A stretch of 44,957 nt of DNA from Bacillota bacterium (GTDB lineage: Bacteria > Bacillota > Clostridia > Peptostreptococcales > Anaerovoracaceae): NCBI GenBank assembly GCA_041798185.1, contig JBHCAF010000111.1, positions 1 through 44,957 of the forward strand, given 5' to 3'. Below, one piece after another: positions 1 to 9,180 of this stretch. The notes under the pieces were generated by a model, which saw only the letters and a list, made by a program, of their open reading frames with translations, ran no database searches and was not told where the DNA came from. A program made the translations under genes and the position numbers. Each line of letters starts with the position of its first letter. Positions within the stretch are counted from its first letter, which is position 1.

Positions 1-2
1 CG

Positions 3-1511
3 GCTTCTGCCGACAGAAACGAGCAGGGCTCAAAGCTGTTTCCCGATGAGGGTTACAGCGTTCGCAGGGAGGGCGCCGCGTACAGATTCCCGCCGCTCAA
101 GCTTTTGAATAAGCCGAAGAGCGCGGGCAAGAGCAGCGTATCTGATCTTACGGCGCAGGCCGAGCTTTTGGAAGAGGCTTTGAGCAGCTTCGGGGTAAAC
201 GCCAGCGTCATAGATGTTACGAGAGGGCCGTCGGTCACGAGATTCGAGGTGCAGCCGGCGCCCGGAGTAAAGGTGTCGAGCATATCGAAGCTTCACGACG
301 ATATAATGCTCCATCTCAGAGCGAAAAGCCTCAGGATAGAAGCGCCCATTCCGGGCAAGGCGGCGGTAGGCATAGAGGTCTCGAACGAGGCCATAAGCAT
401 GGTATCGTTGCGCGAGATACTTGAGTCTGATGAATTCTCGTCGGCGAAATCAAGGATATCTATGGGCATAGGAAAAAATATAGCCGGAACTCCCATAGTT
501 GTAGACCTTAAGGAAATGCCGCATCTTCTCATAGCGGGAAGCACCGGCTCCGGAAAATCAGTATGCATAAACAGCATAATAATGAGCTTTATTTACAAGG
601 CAAAGCCCGAGGAGGTCAAGCTCATACTCATAGACCCGAAGGTCGTTGAGCTTTCGGTATATAACGGCATACCTCATCTTCTGATACCTGTGGTCACAGA
701 ACCGGGCAAGGCCGCGGCGGCTCTTGGCTGGGCGGTAACCGAAATGGACGAGCGTTACAGAAAGTTCGAACGGCAGAATGTAAGGGATATTTCAAGCTAC
801 AACGAAACGGTGCTCGCTGACGGCGAGGGTGAAAAGTCTCTGCCTCAGATAGTTATAATAATAGACGAAATGGCGGATCTTATGGCCGCCGCTCAGAATC
901 AGATAGAAAGCTATATCAACAGGCTGGCGGCAAAGGCGAGGGCGGCGGGTATACACCTTATATTCGCGACTCAGCACCCGTCCGTCAATGTTATTTCAGG
1001 CACCATAAAGGCCAATTTCCCGTCAAGGATAGCGCTTTCGGTCTCCTCGCTCATGGATTCGAGAGTAATACTTGACGAGCCCGGGGCTGAAAATCTGTTG
1101 GGTAAGGGCGATATGCTTTACAGCCCGCAGAGTCTGCCGAAGCCGATGCGTGTTCAGGGCTGCTTCGTATCGGACGACGAAATAGGAAAGGTCATAGAAT
1201 TTGTCAAGAAAAATTCGGGGCTTGCAAAATACAGCGACAGCGTGAGTGAGGCTCTCAGCAAGACCGGCGTCAGCGCGAACCGCGACGGCGAAGACGACGA
1301 GCTCTTTGGCGAGGCTGCCGAATTCGTTGCCTCTGCCGGGCAGGCTTCGGTGTCTTCTCTTCAAAGGAGATTTCGGATAGGCTATAACCGCGCGGCGAGG
1401 CTGATAGACGATATGGAGGCTAAGGGCATAGTCGGGCCGGCTGACGGAAGCCACCCGAGAAAGGTTTTGATCTCGGCGGCGGAGCTTGAAAGTAATGAAG
1501 ATATATCTTAG
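3..1511 (+). CDS. ftsK: DNA translocase FtsK/SpoIIIE, C-terminal part (5' end lies outside the window)
   Basis: The frame is open to the window edge. Upstream residues ...YRFPPLKLLNKPK match the typical FtsK linker/motor junction, so the TTG at 105 is not the true start. Walker A 'AGSTGSGKSVCINS'. C-terminal gamma winged helix 'SSLQRRFRIGYNRAARLIDDMEAKGIV'. Confidence 0.93.
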   Translation, partial: ASADRNEQGSKLFPDEGYSVRREGAAYRFPPLKLLNKPKSAGKSSVSDLTAQAELLEEALSSFGVNASVIDVTRGPSVTRFEVQPAPGVKVSSISKLHDDIMLHLRAKSLRIEAPIPGKAAVGIEVSNEAISMVSLREILESDEFSSAKSRISMGIGKNIAGTPIVVDLKEMPHLLIAGSTGSGKSVCINSIIMSFIYKAKPEEVKLILIDPKVVELSVYNGIPHLLIPVVTEPGKAAAALGWAVTEMDERYRKFERQNVRDISSYNETVLADGEGEKSLPQIVIIIDEMADLMAAAQNQIESYINRLAAKARAAGIHLIFATQHPSVNVISGTIKANFPSRIALSVSSLMDSRVILDEPGAENLLGKGDMLYSPQSLPKPMRVQGCFVSDDEIGKVIEFVKKNSGLAKYSDSVSEALSKTGVSANRDGEDDELFGEAAEFVASAGQASVSSLQRRFRIGYNRAARLIDDMEAKGIVGPADGSHPRKVLISAAELESNEDIS

Positions 1512-2787
1512 AACGCTTGGCTGCGACAAAAACAGCTGCGACAGTGAATTCATAAAAGGCGGGCTCATCGCCCGGGGACATCGCTTTACGGATGAGCCTG
1601 AAAAAGCCGATGTAATGATAGTGAACACCTGCGGCTTCATAAAGGACGCCAAGCTGCAATCAATAGAGAGCATAATAGAGCTCGGCGGGCGCAAGAGGGC
1701 TGATCAGAGGCTCATAGTAACGGGCTGCCTTTCGCAGCGTTATGCCGCAGAGCTTGCCCGCGAAATGCCTGAGGCTGACGCTTTTTTGGGTGTGAATGAT
1801 TACGGCAGGCTCGCCGAGATCATTGAGGCTCACGGCGGCGCTAAAGCCTGTGTGCTTGCGTCCGCGGCGCCAAAGTGCTATGAGGAGTTCGGCGTGAGAG
1901 CGTCCGCGAAGGGCTCATGGAGCGCGGCTCTGAAAATATCCGAGGGCTGCCGCAATGTCTGTTCATATTGCGCCATTCCTTTTATACGCGGGGCTTACAG
2001 ATCAAGAGACGAGGGTCTGATAATTTCCGAGGCCGAAAAGCTCGCGAGAGAAGGCGTCAGGGAGCTTATACTTGTGGGTCAGGATGTTACGGCCTATGAG
2101 AGCCTGCCGGGTCTTCTCAGGAAGCTTTGCAAAATAGAAGGCATACACTGGATCAGGCTGATGTACTGCTATGAAAACGAGATAAGCGGCGAGCTTATCG
2201 AGGTCATAAGGCAAGAGGACAAGATAGTTAAGTATCTTGATATCCCCCTGCAGCATTATTCCGACAAGATACTTAAGGCAATGAACCGCAGATCCACGCA
2301 AAAGAGCATAGATGAGACGATCGCAAGACTCAGAAGCGCCATACCCGATATAAGGATAAGGACTACCTTTATAGTGGGCTTTCCCGGGGAGCGCAAAGAG
2401 GATTTCAAATGTCTTTACGATTTTGTTGAGCGGACGCGCTTCGACAGGCTCGGAGTTTTTACTTACTCAAAGGAAGAGGGCACAAGGGCCGCAAAGATGC
2501 CCTCGCAGCTCAAAGAGGACGCCAAGCAGCGGAGGTTTGACAGGATTATGGAGCTTCAGAGGCGCATATCGCTCAGGCACAATGAAGAGCTGCTTGGAAG
2601 CGTTCAGGAAGTCCTCGTCGAGGAGAGTGACGGCCCGGGAGTATATATAGGACGGACTCGCTATGACGCTCCTGATATAGACAACGAGGTCATATTCAGC
2701 TCGAAAAAAAAGCTGAAGCCGGGCAGCTTTGTTAATGTGAAAATTACAGACGCTTTTGATTATGATTTGAGCGGGGAGCTTATCTGA
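1495..2787 (+). CDS. rimO: MiaB/RimO-family radical-SAM methylthiotransferase, most like ribosomal protein S12 methylthiotransferase RimO
   Basis: N-terminal MTTase 'IYLRTLGCDKN', radical-SAM cluster 'CRNVCSYCAIP', C-terminal TRAM-like tail. ftsK-rimO-pgsA-recA synteny. ATG 1495 preferred over TTG 1486; overlaps the ftsK stop. Confidence 0.8.
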   Translation: MKIYLRTLGCDKNSCDSEFIKGGLIARGHRFTDEPEKADVMIVNTCGFIKDAKLQSIESIIELGGRKRADQRLIVTGCLSQRYAAELAREMPEADAFLGVNDYGRLAEIIEAHGGAKACVLASAAPKCYEEFGVRASAKGSWSAALKISEGCRNVCSYCAIPFIRGAYRSRDEGLIISEAEKLAREGVRELILVGQDVTAYESLPGLLRKLCKIEGIHWIRLMYCYENEISGELIEVIRQEDKIVKYLDIPLQHYSDKILKAMNRRSTQKSIDETIARLRSAIPDIRIRTTFIVGFPGERKEDFKCLYDFVERTRFDRLGVFTYSKEEGTRAAKMPSQLKEDAKQRRFDRIMELQRRISLRHNEELLGSVQEVLVEESDGPGVYIGRTRYDAPDIDNEVIFSSKKKLKPGSFVNVKITDAFDYDLSGELI

Positions 2788-2788
2788 T

Positions 2789-3310
2789 ATGAATTTGCCC
2801 AATAAACTTACGATTTCGCGAATAGCTGCCGTGCCGTTTTTCATTCTGGCTTACAGCGCGGGCAGGATATGGATCGCTCTTATAATTTTTGCGGCGGCCT
2901 CTCTGACCGATATGGCGGACGGAAAGATAGCGCGTAAATATGATCTCATAAGTAATTTCGGAAAAATAATGGATCCGCTGGCCGACAAGATACTGGTCTA
3001 TTCAGCGTTTTGTCTTATGGTGGCGGACGGAAAGCTGCCGGCCTGGAGCCTTGTTATAATACTTTTCAGAGAATTTCTGGTAGCCGGAGTAAGAGCCGTG
3101 GCGGCGAGCAGCGGCACGGTGATAGCGGCCGACATGGCGGGTAAGATAAAAACCGTGCTTCAGATGTTTGCCGTACCCTGCCTCATAGTATGCACTGCGG
3201 GGCGCGTGTTTTATTACTGTGCCTATATATTGTTTTACGCTTCGCTTTTGATGACCGTTATATCGGGCGCCAATTACTGCATAGCCAACAGAGAGGTCTT
3301 CAGAGGCTGA
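2789..3310 (+). CDS. pgsA: CDP-diacylglycerol--glycerol-3-phosphate 3-phosphatidyltransferase
   Basis: CDP-alcohol phosphatidyltransferase motif 'DGKIARKYDLISNFGKIMDPLADK'. Multi-TM, 173 aa. Starts 1 nt after the rimO stop. Confidence 0.9.
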   Translation: MNLPNKLTISRIAAVPFFILAYSAGRIWIALIIFAAASLTDMADGKIARKYDLISNFGKIMDPLADKILVYSAFCLMVADGKLPAWSLVIILFREFLVAGVRAVAASSGTVIAADMAGKIKTVLQMFAVPCLIVCTAGRVFYYCAYILFYASLLMTVISGANYCIANREVFRG

Positions 3311-3333
3311 ACCCGGCGCTGTAAAAACAATCC

Positions 3334-3384
3334 TTGACTAAAAAGGCAAAGCGGCGTATTATTATATTCAAGAACAAATGTTCT
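3334..3384 (+). promoter_or_regulatory. recA promoter (TTGACT-17-TATTAT) with a LexA/Cheo box AGAACAAATGTTCT
   Basis: -35 TTGACT at 3334-3339. -10 TATTAT at 3357-3362. GAAC-N4-GTTC core at 3372-3383. GGAGGA SD at 3402-3407 precedes the recA ATG at 3412. Confidence 0.8.
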
Positions 3385-3411
3385 TTTATTTTTTCTGATT
3401 CGGAGGAAGCT

Positions 3412-4491
3412 ATGGCGTTAAAAAAGAATGAAACAAACGAAAAGGATAAGGCCCTTGAGGCCGCTTTGCTGCAAATAGATAAGCGCTTCGGCAAGGGCTC
3501 TATAATGCCTCTCGGTGACGACAGCGCAAGACTGAATATCGAAGCTATACCGACCGGCTCGGTCTCTTTGGATATCGCGTGCGGCGTGGGCGGGCTTCCC
3601 AAGGGACGGATAACCGAGATATACGGTCCGGAATCCTCCGGCAAGACCACGCTGGCTCTTCATGTTATCGCGGAGGCACAGAAGCAGGGCGGCAAAGCCG
3701 CGTTCATAGACGCCGAGCACGCTCTGGATCCGGTATATGCCGGTAAGCTTGGCGTAAACATAGACGAGCTCTTGGTGTCTCAGCCCGATACAGGCGAGGA
3801 CGCGCTTGAGATCTGCGAAATGCTCGTGAGATCGGGCGCCATATCGGTAATAGTTATAGATTCTGTCGCGGCGCTGGTGCCAAAGGCCGAGATACAAGGC
3901 GATATGGGCGATTCTCATGTGGGGCTTCAGGCCAGACTTATGTCTCAGGCTCTCAGAAAGCTTGCGGGCGTAGTAAACAAGACGAATACCTGCGTCATAT
4001 TCATAAATCAGCTTCGTGAAAAGGTCGGCATAATGTTCGGAAACCCCGAAACCACAACGGGCGGCAGAGCTCTTAAATTCTATTCCTCGGTGAGACTCGA
4101 TGTCAGAAGGATAGAGGGCATAAAGGTGGGCGACGCCGTTGTCGGAAACAGGACGAGGGTCAAGGTCGTAAAAAATAAGGTAGCTCCTCCCTTCAGGACA
4201 ACTGAATTTGACATAATGTACGGCGAGGGTATTTCAAAAGCCGGAGATCTTTTGGACTGCGCCGTCGAGGCGGGGCTCATAGACAAAGCCGGAGCGTGGT
4301 ATTCCATGAGCGGCGAAAGGATAGGTCAGGGCAGAGAGAATGTCAAGGAGTACATAAAGTCCCGTCCGGAACTTATGCAGCAGCTTGAGGCCGATATAAA
4401 GGCTAAATATATAAGCCCTAAAGATGAGCGCTCCGACGAGCTTGACGATATCTACGATGTAGACGAAGACGGTGTCATAATTGATCGTTGA
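3412..4491 (+). CDS. recA: Recombinase RecA
   Basis: '[20 protein letters not shown]' N-terminus, Walker A '[12 protein letters not shown]', '[22 protein letters not shown]' L2 region. ATG 3412 chosen because the longer ORF (3334) would include the promoter and LexA box. Confidence 0.97.
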   Translation: MALKKNETNEKDKALEAALLQIDKRFGKGSIMPLGDDSARLNIEAIPTGSVSLDIACGVGGLPKGRITEIYGPESSGKTTLALHVIAEAQKQGGKAAFIDAEHALDPVYAGKLGVNIDELLVSQPDTGEDALEICEMLVRSGAISVIVIDSVAALVPKAEIQGDMGDSHVGLQARLMSQALRKLAGVVNKTNTCVIFINQLREKVGIMFGNPETTTGGRALKFYSSVRLDVRRIEGIKVGDAVVGNRTRVKVVKNKVAPPFRTTEFDIMYGEGISKAGDLLDCAVEAGLIDKAGAWYSMSGERIGQGRENVKEYIKSRPELMQQLEADIKAKYISPKDERSDELDDIYDVDEDGVIIDR

Positions 4492-5017
4492 GCTTGGTGA
4501 ATATCTGCGCTTCTTAACGGCTAATATCGACTATATGATATTAGCCGCTTTGCTTTTTGTCTTTTTCATATTGCTTGTCAGAAAAATATTACGGTCAATC
4601 TCAACAAGGCATAAGGCGAGAATAGAGCGGCTGATATCAGAATACGAGGATTATCCCTATGATTTTGAAAAATTCGTAGCAGCGCTCTATGAAAGAAGAG
4701 GCTTCAAGACGGAGCTTACCGCAAAGAGCGGGGATCGCGGCAAGGATATAGTAATGTACAAGGGCCGGCGCAAGTACGCCGTGGAGGTCAAGCTGTATAA
4801 GCCGGCTCACAAGGTCGATCGCGAGCGCATACAAAAGCTTCATTCGGCCATGATAGACTGCGAGGCCGACGAGGGGATATTCGTTACCACAAGCGATTAT
4901 ACCGAGCCGGCTTACGAATACGCGGAAAAGCACAATATAAGAACGGTGAACGGAGAAGAGCTTTCCTCAATGATAAAAGTCGGCCAATTTAAATATATTA
5001 AGGCACATTTCAGTTGA
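4481..5017 (+). CDS. Membrane-anchored Mrr-like restriction endonuclease-fold (PD-(D/E)xK) protein
   Basis: One N-terminal TM helix '[14 protein letters not shown]'. Then an Mrr_cat-like core: '[14 protein letters not shown]', '[11 protein letters not shown]...YAVEVKLYK' (D...ExK), '[13 protein letters not shown]'. The TTG at 4481 overlaps the recA stop; an alternative in-frame ATG is at 4535. Confidence 0.7.
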   Translation: MIVELGEYLRFLTANIDYMILAALLFVFFILLVRKILRSISTRHKARIERLISEYEDYPYDFEKFVAALYERRGFKTELTAKSGDRGKDIVMYKGRRKYAVEVKLYKPAHKVDRERIQKLHSAMIDCEADEGIFVTTSDYTEPAYEYAEKHNIRTVNGEELSSMIKVGQFKYIKAHFS

Positions 5018-5053
5018 AATGAGGTATAATTCTGTAAATAAAGGGGGACGAAT

Positions 5054-5737
5054 ATGGGATATTATTCATCAATGATAGTTCTTATACCGGCGATCATAAT
5101 CAGCTTCTACGCTCAGGCAAAGCTGAAGTCTGCCTACGGCAGATACGCGCAGGTGGTAAATTCAAAGGGCATTACCGGAAGAGAGGCCGCGGCAATGATA
5201 CTCAGAAGCAACGGGCTCGAAAGTATTCCGGTACAGCAGGTGCAGGGCAGTCTTACAGACCATTACGATCCGAGAAAAAAGACTCTAAGCCTTTCAGAGG
5301 GCGTATATGACACTCCTTCCATAGCGGCGATAGGCATTGCAGCTCATGAATGCGGTCACGCGTTGCAGGACAGCAGCGGATATACGATGCTGAAAATAAG
5401 AAACTCCATAGTGCCTGCCGTGAATATAGGCTCATTCTTATCATGGCCGATACTCATACTCGGTATCTTTTTGGGAGCCCTGCAGCTTCAGATGGTAGGG
5501 GTGGTGCTTTTCGCCGCGGTTATAGTTTTTCATCTGGTGACTCTGCCTGTTGAAATAGACGCTTCGAGAAGGGCTGTCGCCATGCTCTCCGAATGCGGGA
5601 TCATAAGCAGCGACAGCGATATGACCGGAGTAAAGGCTGTTCTTAAAGCTGCGGCTCTTACCTACATAGCGGCCCTCGCAAGCTCGGTGGCCAGCCTTAT
5701 AAGAATGCTTCTGATAATAAGAGGCTCAAGGCGTTGA
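5054..5737 (+). CDS. yugP: YugP-family membrane zinc metallopeptidase (Zn_peptidase_2)
   Basis: 'GSLTDHYDPRKKTLSLSE', HExxH 'AAHECGHALQ', 'LPVEIDASRRA', 'AAALTYIAA'. Overall resemblance to B. subtilis YugP. GGGGG SD upstream. Confidence 0.85.
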   Translation: MGYYSSMIVLIPAIIISFYAQAKLKSAYGRYAQVVNSKGITGREAAAMILRSNGLESIPVQQVQGSLTDHYDPRKKTLSLSEGVYDTPSIAAIGIAAHECGHALQDSSGYTMLKIRNSIVPAVNIGSFLSWPILILGIFLGALQLQMVGVVLFAAVIVFHLVTLPVEIDASRRAVAMLSECGIISSDSDMTGVKAVLKAAALTYIAALASSVASLIRMLLIIRGSRR

Positions 5738-5860
5738 CAAGAGAGCTTCTTTCTGATATCATTCGTGTGTTGCCGCTCTGAATGTGGTTTTTTTCGAGTG
5801 TACCCGACGGGGGTCCACACCCAAACAGGCGAGCCTTAAATAATATGGAGGTAGACAATT
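5734..5860 (+). promoter_or_regulatory. Putative promoter (TTGACA-17-TATCAT) plus ~90-nt structured 5' leader of rplU (candidate L21-leader-type element)
   Basis: TTGACA at 5734-5739 and TATCAT at 5757-5762. Leader has a nested hairpin: TGTGG 5783-5787 pairs with CCACA 5815-5819, with inner ACCC/GGGT. The position upstream of rplU matches where the Firmicute L21 leader occurs. No covariance model was run. Confidence 0.35.
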
Positions 5861-6340
5861 ATGTACGCAGTAGTACAAACCGGCGGAAAGCAGTATCGTG
5901 TTTCACAGGGCGATGTTATAAGCGTTGAGAAGCTCAATGTTGAGGCCGGACAGAAAGTGATCCTTGACGAGGTCATCGCTGTCGGCGGTGAAGGCTCGAC
6001 TGTTGTGGGTCAGCCCTTTGTCGACGGAGCAGCTGTTGAATGCAAGGCTGTTGAAAACGGCAGAGGAAAAAAGATCGTTATTTACAAATACAAGGCAAAG
6101 AAGGACTATCGCAAAAAGCAGGGTCACAGACAGCCTTATACGAAGCTTGAGATCACGGGGATATCCGTGAACGGAGTTGTTAAATCGGAGCCTTCCGCCG
6201 CGGCGGAGAGCAAGAAGCCGTCGCTCAAGGCGATGAAGAAAGCGGAGCTTCTTGCATACGCAGCAGAAAACAATATCGAGGTAGACGAAAAAGCAACCAA
6301 TGCTGAATTGATAGCTGCTATCGAAGCAGGCTTAAACTGA
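5861..6340 (+). CDS. rplU: 50S ribosomal protein L21 with ~58-aa C-terminal extension
   Basis: '[14 protein letters not shown]...[17 protein letters not shown]' is a complete L21 core (aa 1-101). An extra tail ends in '[37 protein letters not shown]'. Confidence 0.95.
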   Translation: MYAVVQTGGKQYRVSQGDVISVEKLNVEAGQKVILDEVIAVGGEGSTVVGQPFVDGAAVECKAVENGRGKKIVIYKYKAKKDYRKKQGHRQPYTKLEITGISVNGVVKSEPSAAAESKKPSLKAMKKAELLAYAAENNIEVDEKATNAELIAAIEAGLN

Positions 6341-6364
6341 TAAAGGATCGGAGGTAAATGCACA

Positions 6365-6622
6365 ATGGCAAGTAAAAAAGGTGTAGGCAGCTCTAAGAAC
6401 GGTCGCGACAGCGAGGCGAAACGCTTAGGAGTTAAGAGAGCCGACGGTCAGTTCGTCAGCGCGGGTACTATTCTTGTTAGACAGAGAGGAACAAAGATCC
6501 ATCCCGGCAGCAATGTAGGAATAGGCGGCGATGATACGCTCTTCGCAAAGCAGGAGGGTGTTGTAAGATTCGAGAGAAAAGACAAGACCAGAAAGCAAGT
6601 AAGCGTATATCCCGAAGCTTAG
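6365..6622 (+). CDS. rpmA: 50S ribosomal protein L27 (no N-terminal propeptide)
   Basis: '[25 protein letters not shown]'. GGAGG SD 10 nt upstream. Confidence 0.96.
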   Translation: MASKKGVGSSKNGRDSEAKRLGVKRADGQFVSAGTILVRQRGTKIHPGSNVGIGGDDTLFAKQEGVVRFERKDKTRKQVSVYPEA

Positions 6623-6632
6623 TTTTTTCGAA

Positions 6633-6663
6633 GGGCTCAGACAGCTGAGCCCTTTTATTTTTA
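6633..6663 (+). terminator. Rho-independent terminator after rpmA
   Basis: GGGCTCAG-acag-CTGAGCCC followed by TTTTATTTTT. Confidence 0.85.
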
Positions 6664-6685
6664 TCGATCGGGGAAAATAAAGAGT

Positions 6686-7969
6686 ATGACAAATACATTT
6701 GTAGACAGAGCGAAAATTCATATAATATCCGGCAAGGGCGGAAACGGCGCGGTTTCTTTCAGGCGTGAAGCCAATATACCTCAGGGCGGCCCTGACGGCG
6801 GAAACGGCGGCAAGGGCGGCGATATAGTTTTGCAGGCGGATAAAAACCTGCGTACTCTGATGGATTTCAGATACAAAACGAAATATGAGGCGGAGCCGGG
6901 AGAAAACGGCCGCGGCCGTCAGCAATTCGGAAAGGACGGCGCGGATCTTGTGATAAAGCTTCCGGTCGGCACGCTGATAAAGGACGCCGAAACGGGAGAG
7001 CCTATGGCAGACCTGATATCTGACGGGCAGCGCTTTACGGCGGCTCGCGGAGGCAGGGGCGGCAAGGGCAATGTGCTCTTCAAAAATTCAGTGCGTCAGG
7101 CCCCGAATTTCGCCGAAGCCGGCGGTTTTGCGATAGAAAAGACGATAGAGCTTGAGCTTAAGCTCATAGCGGATGTGGGTCTTGTGGGCTACCCTAATGT
7201 AGGCAAAAGCACTCTTCTTTCGGTATGCACTTCGGCAAATCCCCGAATAGCGAACTATCATTTTACCACCTTGACGCCGAAGCTCGGAGTGGTGAATATA
7301 TACGACAGCGCCTTTGTCATGGCCGATATACCGGGTCTTATCGAGGGCGCTTCCAAGGGGCTCGGTCTTGGACTCGATTTTTTGAAGCATGTTGAAAGAA
7401 CCAGGATACTAATACATGTTGTCGATGTGTCCGGCAGTGAGGGAAGAGACCCCGTCGAGGACTTTGAAAATATAAACAGAGAGCTTGCTCAGTATTCCGG
7501 AAAGCTGGCTCAAAAGCCTCAGATAGTAGCGGCAAATAAGAGCGATTTAGCTTCTGAAGAAGCGATATCGCGTTTCAGAAGCTATATAGAATCAAAGAAG
7601 CTTCCTTTCGTTCTGATATGCGCTCCGATACACGAGGGCATAGACGAGCTTTTGAAACAGGCTTACAGGCTTCTTGAGGAGACGGCTCCGGAGGAAGAGC
7701 TCTTCACTATGTATGAGGCCCGCGAGGCTGAAGAGGATGAGGATTACAGAGAAATATATCTTTCGCGTGAAAACGGAGTATATACGGTAAAGGGCAAGCA
7801 GCTCGAAAAGATATTCAATTCGACAAACTTCAACGATACGGGATCCTTAAGGTATCTGCAAAAATATATAGAAGATAAGGGCGCTATAGAACGCTTCAGG
7901 GAAATGGGGCTTGAGGACGGCGATACTATAAGGATCATAGATTACGATTTCATATATGTAGACGAGTAG
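6686..7969 (+). CDS. obg: GTPase Obg/CgtA
   Basis: Glycine-rich Obg fold 'GGNGGKGGDIV', 'ARGGRGGKGN'. G1 'GYPNVGKSTLLS', 'DIPGLIEGA', 'NKSDL'. C-terminal TGS-like OCT domain. Confidence 0.96.
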   Translation: MTNTFVDRAKIHIISGKGGNGAVSFRREANIPQGGPDGGNGGKGGDIVLQADKNLRTLMDFRYKTKYEAEPGENGRGRQQFGKDGADLVIKLPVGTLIKDAETGEPMADLISDGQRFTAARGGRGGKGNVLFKNSVRQAPNFAEAGGFAIEKTIELELKLIADVGLVGYPNVGKSTLLSVCTSANPRIANYHFTTLTPKLGVVNIYDSAFVMADIPGLIEGASKGLGLGLDFLKHVERTRILIHVVDVSGSEGRDPVEDFENINRELAQYSGKLAQKPQIVAANKSDLASEEAISRFRSYIESKKLPFVLICAPIHEGIDELLKQAYRLLEETAPEEELFTMYEAREAEEDEDYREIYLSRENGVYTVKGKQLEKIFNSTNFNDTGSLRYLQKYIEDKGAIERFREMGLEDGDTIRIIDYDFIYVDE

Positions 7970-7974
7970 GGGAA

Positions 7975-9180
7975 ATGGAAAATCGCAGGCGCTCTACGCG
8001 GGCGAAAAAAAATTACAGAGTAAGTCTTGATATCCGCTTCAATAAACGAACTGCAGCCTGGATCATCACCGTCGTTTTTTCGTTTATTTTCATTTTCGGA
8101 AGCAGCGCTTATTTTAAGGATAAAATAAAGGTATTCGATATAAATGACGCTTACGCCGAGAAGGCGGTCGTAAAGGAAATGGGAGAGCTGATACAGGACA
8201 GCTATGCCATAGGCGAAGACGCTTCATATAACAGCTCGCTAAGATATTTCAAGGCCGAAATACGAAGCGGGCAGTTCAAGGGACAGACCGTTCTCGCCGC
8301 GCAGACCTTTGACAATTTAGGCGCCGCGAATGAAATGCCTGTAAAGCCCGGCGACAAGGTGATACTTTTTAATTACGGGATCGCCGAGGGAGACGCCGAC
8401 TGGATCTTCGGAGGCTACAGCAGACTTGATCACATGATAGTATTCGGCATAGTCTTCTGCGTTCTGCTGCTCTTTTTCGGGCGTGTTAAGGGGCTTAATA
8501 CCGTGGTCGCGCTGGCCTTCACGGTGCTTGCCGTCTTTGCGGTATTTATTCCGGCCGTGCTTGCCGCGAAAAATATCTATCTCTGGACGCTTATTATCTG
8601 TCTTTATATAATCCCGATGACGCTTTTGATAACAGAGGGCCCGACAAAAAAGGCTCTGACGACCATACTCGGCTGCGCGAGCGGGGTCGCCGCTGCGGCT
8701 GTGCTCAGTCTTTGTTTTGATAAAATAATGAGGCTGACCGGTATGCTCGACGAGCATTCAATATATCTCAGATTTTTAGATCCTCCGATAGATCTCAACG
8801 GAGTTATCTTCGCTATGGTCGTGATAGGCGCTATGGGCGCCGTGATGGATGTGGCTATGGATATTTCGTCATCTCTTCATGAGCTTCACGAGAAGCTGCC
8901 GGATATCAGCTTCATCGAGCTGATAAGCTCGGGCATCACCATAGGGCGCGATGTCATGGGCACAATGGCCAACACACTTGTGCTTGCCTATATAGGAAGC
9001 TCTCTTTGCTCTATACTGCTTATGATAAGCTATGCTTCGAATCTGAGAGATCTTCTGAACCGCGAGAGCATAATAGTTGAAATAATGAACGGTCTCATCG
9101 GCTCGTTTTCGATACTGCTGACCATTCCTTTGACAGCCCTGATCTGTGGTATAATATACAAGAATGAAAAAACTGATTAG
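7975..9180 (+). CDS. YibE/F-family multi-pass membrane protein
   Basis: N-terminal TM plus an extracytoplasmic domain, then ~7 TM helices. 'GRVKGLNTVVALAFTVL' and 'GAMGAVMDVAMDISSSLHEL' are typical of YibE/F. Confidence 0.6.
   Translation: MENRRRSTRAKKNYRVSLDIRFNKRTAAWIITVVFSFIFIFGSSAYFKDKIKVFDINDAYAEKAVVKEMGELIQDSYAIGEDASYNSSLRYFKAEIRSGQFKGQTVLAAQTFDNLGAANEMPVKPGDKVILFNYGIAEGDADWIFGGYSRLDHMIVFGIVFCVLLLFFGRVKGLNTVVALAFTVLAVFAVFIPAVLAAKNIYLWTLIICLYIIPMTLLITEGPTKKALTTILGCASGVAAAAVLSLCFDKIMRLTGMLDEHSIYLRFLDPPIDLNGVIFAMVVIGAMGAVMDVAMDISSSLHELHEKLPDISFIELISSGITIGRDVMGTMANTLVLAYIGSSLCSILLMISYASNLRDLLNRESIIVEIMNGLIGSFSILLTIPLTALICGIIYKNEKTD

Noticed and set aside
3334-3411. 26-codon N-terminal extension of recA suggested by the ORF track (start at 3334)
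   Set aside because: The TTG at 3334 is the -35 hexamer itself. The extension would run through the -10 and the LexA box. ATG 3412 has a GGAGGA SD and gives the canonical RecA N-terminus.
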